A stretch of DNA of 64,000 nt from a virus, in the IMG/VR virus record IMGVR_UViG_3300030380_005342, positions 1 to 64,000 of that record; one strand, written 5' to 3'. A model generated the notes under the pieces. The model did no database searches, was not told the DNA's origin, and saw only the letters and a list, made by a program, of their open reading frames with translations. A program made the position numbers and the translations under genes. Positions 61,628 to 64,000 of this stretch are shown in pieces (the stretch's first letter is position 1; the number at the start of each line of letters is the position of its first letter).

Positions 61628-62442
61628 AAATCGTACAAGCATTTGGATCACCATTTACTCACGATAAAAGTTCGTGCATGGGAAGTGTTCCTACTAATCA
61701 CATTTGGCACTACGGAGCATGCGAGGACTCAGACATCGAAGTTTACTTGGATTATGATGTAGTGGGAGGATTTAAATCTCCATGTGAAAATAAGTTTCTT
61801 TGGCTGAGTGAATCTAAATCTATTGTTCCTCATCAATATGCTTTTGTAAGAATGTGGTATGAAAAGTTTTGCGACTGTTATAAAGCAATATTTACGGCAG
61901 ATCGAGAGTTAGTTAATCTTCATGATAAGTTTATAGAAGCACCCGGAGGATCAAACTATACATGGGTGACTCCAGATAAACGGGGTGTTCATAAAAAGTC
62001 CAAACTTGTTTCTATGATTAGTTCTGGAAAAGTTATGTGTGAAGATCATATTAATCGAAATGCAATCGCAGACAAAATGATTGAGCAAGGTGTTGACATG
62101 TTTGGCAGACTATACACACCTGTTGAAACCAAAGATATGGCACTAAATGATTATATGTTTTCTGTGACCATAGAAAATGTAATCTTATCAAATTATCAAA
62201 CAGAAAAAGTCATCGATTGTTTCGCAACGGGAACTGTTCCAATTTACTTGGGGAATCCATCCATCGGTGAAACCTTTAATCCAGATGGAATTATTTTTTA
62301 CGATGACAACTTTGATCTAAATATGTTGTCGGAAGATTTGTATCAAAAAATGCTTCCGGCTGTGAAAGAAAATTATGAGATATTCTGTAACATGAAAATC
62401 TCTGATGATGTGATTTTTGACAAGATCACAAAACTACTCTAA
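61588..62442 (+). CDS. Glycosyltransferase family 10-like (alpha-1,3-fucosyltransferase motif)
   Basis: Y.FSV.IEN....Y.TEK..DCF..GTVPIY.G; true start may be TTG at 61624. Confidence 0.8.
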   Translation: MERYLLRWMGDHLKIVQAFGSPFTHDKSSCMGSVPTNHIWHYGACEDSDIEVYLDYDVVGGFKSPCENKFLWLSESKSIVPHQYAFVRMWYEKFCDCYKAIFTADRELVNLHDKFIEAPGGSNYTWVTPDKRGVHKKSKLVSMISSGKVMCEDHINRNAIADKMIEQGVDMFGRLYTPVETKDMALNDYMFSVTIENVILSNYQTEKVIDCFATGTVPIYLGNPSIGETFNPDGIIFYDDNFDLNMLSEDLYQKMLPAVKENYEIFCNMKISDDVIFDKITKLL

Positions 62443-62445
62443 ATA
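62439..62445 (+). promoter_or_regulatory. Late promoter CTAAATA upstream of GT2-TPR / collagen-like genes
   Basis: Followed by AGGAG SD and ATG 62463. Confidence 0.65.
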
Positions 62446-62462
62446 GAAGACAGGAGATTATT

Positions 62463-63734
62463 ATGAGCAAAAGACCAAGCGTTACATTATGCATGATCGT
62501 TAAAAATGAAGAACACATCATCCGTGAGTGTCTTGATTCTATGGTGGGAGTTATCGATAGGTACGACATCTCTGATACAGGTTCAACGGATAAAACAAGA
62601 GATGTAATTCGTGAGTGGGGTGAAAAGAATAATATTCCGGGTGAAGTGTACGATATTCCATGGAAAGGATTTGGTAAGTCTAGAACAGATGCGTTTAAAA
62701 ATGCTGAGGGAAAAGCCGATTACGCTTGGGTCATTGACGCAGATGATAAACTTGAAGGTGACTTTAGATATCCCGAAGAATTTGGTGAACACGATAGTTA
62801 TGCTTTAAACATTCATCGTGGTGATTTCAACTGGTGGAGACAACAAATTTTTAAACTCTCAGCAGGTTGGGAGTATGTTGGTGTTCTCCACGAATATGCA
62901 AACGCTAAAGGTCTTCGTGACGCAGGGGGAACACCTACAGCGGGTCGTATTGAACCACATCCGCATTACCATATCGAAGCAAGAACGATGGGCGACAGAA
63001 CCGTTCAGTTCGGTGATGACCAATCTGCAAAATACACCAAGGATGCTGAAACACTTATTGATTGTTTAACGAATCCAGAAAATGAAAACTATGAGCCGGA
63101 TAATCTCAGATATGAGTTTTACGTTGCACAGTCTTACTTTGATGCTCAGAATATTGAAAAGGCATTAGAGTGGTACGAGAAAAGAGCGGTCAAAGGCGGA
63201 TGGGACGAAGAAGTATGGTATTGTGTCTACAGAATTGCAATCTGCAAATGTCTCCTGAAAACAAGTTGGGAAGAGGCACAAGATCATTTCTTACAAGCGT
63301 GGAACATTCGACCTCATCGTGCAGAGCCTTTGTATCAACTTGCAAGAATTCACAGACAAAATGGCAATCCAAGATTAGGTTACTTGTTTGCCAAAACTGC
63401 CATGAATATTCCATTCCCGCAGGGTGATATTTTGTTCTTAGCAAATGACGTTTATGATTGGCAAATTGCTGATGAAGTTGCCTCCTCCGCTTACTATGTT
63501 GGTGACATGGTTGCTGGTCTTGAAGCATCGAATAAACTTTTGGAGGACAAAAAATTTCCAGACAGTGAAAAGGATAGAATTGTAAATAACTTTTCTCAAT
63601 ACGCAAAGTGGCTCGAAGAGCAGAATGCAGCACAACAAAAAATGCAGCAAGAAATTTTAGAAAAACAAGTTGCGGAAAAAATGAAAAGAACAAAAGCACC
63701 AGCACCAAGAAGGAAAAAAAAGGCTAAGAAATAA
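62463..63734 (+). CDS. Glycosyltransferase family 2 with TPR repeats
   Basis: [22 protein letters not shown] (DxD), W.Y.GVLHE; TPR helices FY.AQSY.D....A..WY.KR, A....P.RAE.LY.LA. Confidence 0.9.
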   Translation: MSKRPSVTLCMIVKNEEHIIRECLDSMVGVIDRYDISDTGSTDKTRDVIREWGEKNNIPGEVYDIPWKGFGKSRTDAFKNAEGKADYAWVIDADDKLEGDFRYPEEFGEHDSYALNIHRGDFNWWRQQIFKLSAGWEYVGVLHEYANAKGLRDAGGTPTAGRIEPHPHYHIEARTMGDRTVQFGDDQSAKYTKDAETLIDCLTNPENENYEPDNLRYEFYVAQSYFDAQNIEKALEWYEKRAVKGGWDEEVWYCVYRIAICKCLLKTSWEEAQDHFLQAWNIRPHRAEPLYQLARIHRQNGNPRLGYLFAKTAMNIPFPQGDILFLANDVYDWQIADEVASSAYYVGDMVAGLEASNKLLEDKKFPDSEKDRIVNNFSQYAKWLEEQNAAQQKMQQEILEKQVAEKMKRTKAPAPRRKKKAKK

Positions 63735-64000
63735 TGGCTGAGTTTTCGTTTCCATCTAGTCCAACTTTTGGAACAACGCTTTCAATAGGCTCAAAGGAAT
63801 TCACATGGAATGGATTTGGATTCCAACGAGTTTCGTCTATCGGTCCAACGGGACCAACAGGTGCAACAGGAGCCACTGGTGCAACGGGACCAACGGGTGC
63901 AACAGGGAGTGATGGAGCAACAGGAGCAACAGGAGCCACGGGAACCACTGGGGCTACTGGAACCACCGGAGCCACAGGGACTACAGGAACCACTGGCACT
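63734..64000 (+). CDS. Collagen-like (Gly-X-Thr) fibre protein, N-terminal fragment (runs off window)
   Basis: TAATG overlap with GT2 stop; [13 protein letters not shown]...WNG..F then [36 protein letters not shown]... Confidence 0.88.
   Translation, partial: MAEFSFPSSPTFGTTLSIGSKEFTWNGFGFQRVSSIGPTGPTGATGATGATGPTGATGSDGATGATGATGTTGATGTTGATGTTGTTGT
63842..64000 (+). repeat. Degenerate 9-nt tandem repeat encoding G-x-T collagen triplets
   Basis: ggN-NcN-acN units continue to the window end. Confidence 0.9.

Noticed and set aside
63724-63999. Minus-strand (PVA/PVV)n ORF in the track
   Set aside because: Reverse complement of the plus-strand collagen repeat; the real gene starts at 63734 on +

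Overview
This is a 64 kb segment of a large T4-like myovirus genome with marine/environmental T4-like gene order. It is AT-rich, densely coding and uses the standard genetic code. From left to right it holds: (1) the 3' end of gp32; (2) a minus-strand block with a tape-measure-like gene, gp51, gp26, a gp54-like tube gene, gp2 and gp4; (3) the plus-strand morphogenesis operon: gp48, gp53, hub, gp5, PAAR, gp25, gp6-8, a VrlC-like protein, fibres, gp13-23 and gp3; (4) recombination/replication/late-transcription genes: uvsY, uvsW, gp55, gp47, gp46, gp45, gp44, gp62 and regA. The last group is interleaved with and followed by glycan genes: a carbamoyltransferase, two NAD-dependent epimerases, a UDP-sugar dehydrogenase, GT25, GT11, GT10, GT2-TPR, and a collagen-like (G-x-T)n protein that runs off the right edge. 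I saw no tRNA, intron, intein, homing endonuclease or CRISPR array. The most notable observations are: a textbook -1 frameshift signal (U UUU UUU, 6-nt spacer, perfect 9-bp hairpin) joining gp26 to gp51 just upstream of the tape-measure gene; a G-x-T/S motif pervading the exterior virion proteins, possibly the target of the phage glycosyltransferases; promoters placed to give leaderless mRNAs; avoidance of CCWGG, AGCT and GGCC; and late modular proteins that look like protease-processed internal head proteins. All protein calls come from motif recognition and synteny, not database searches.
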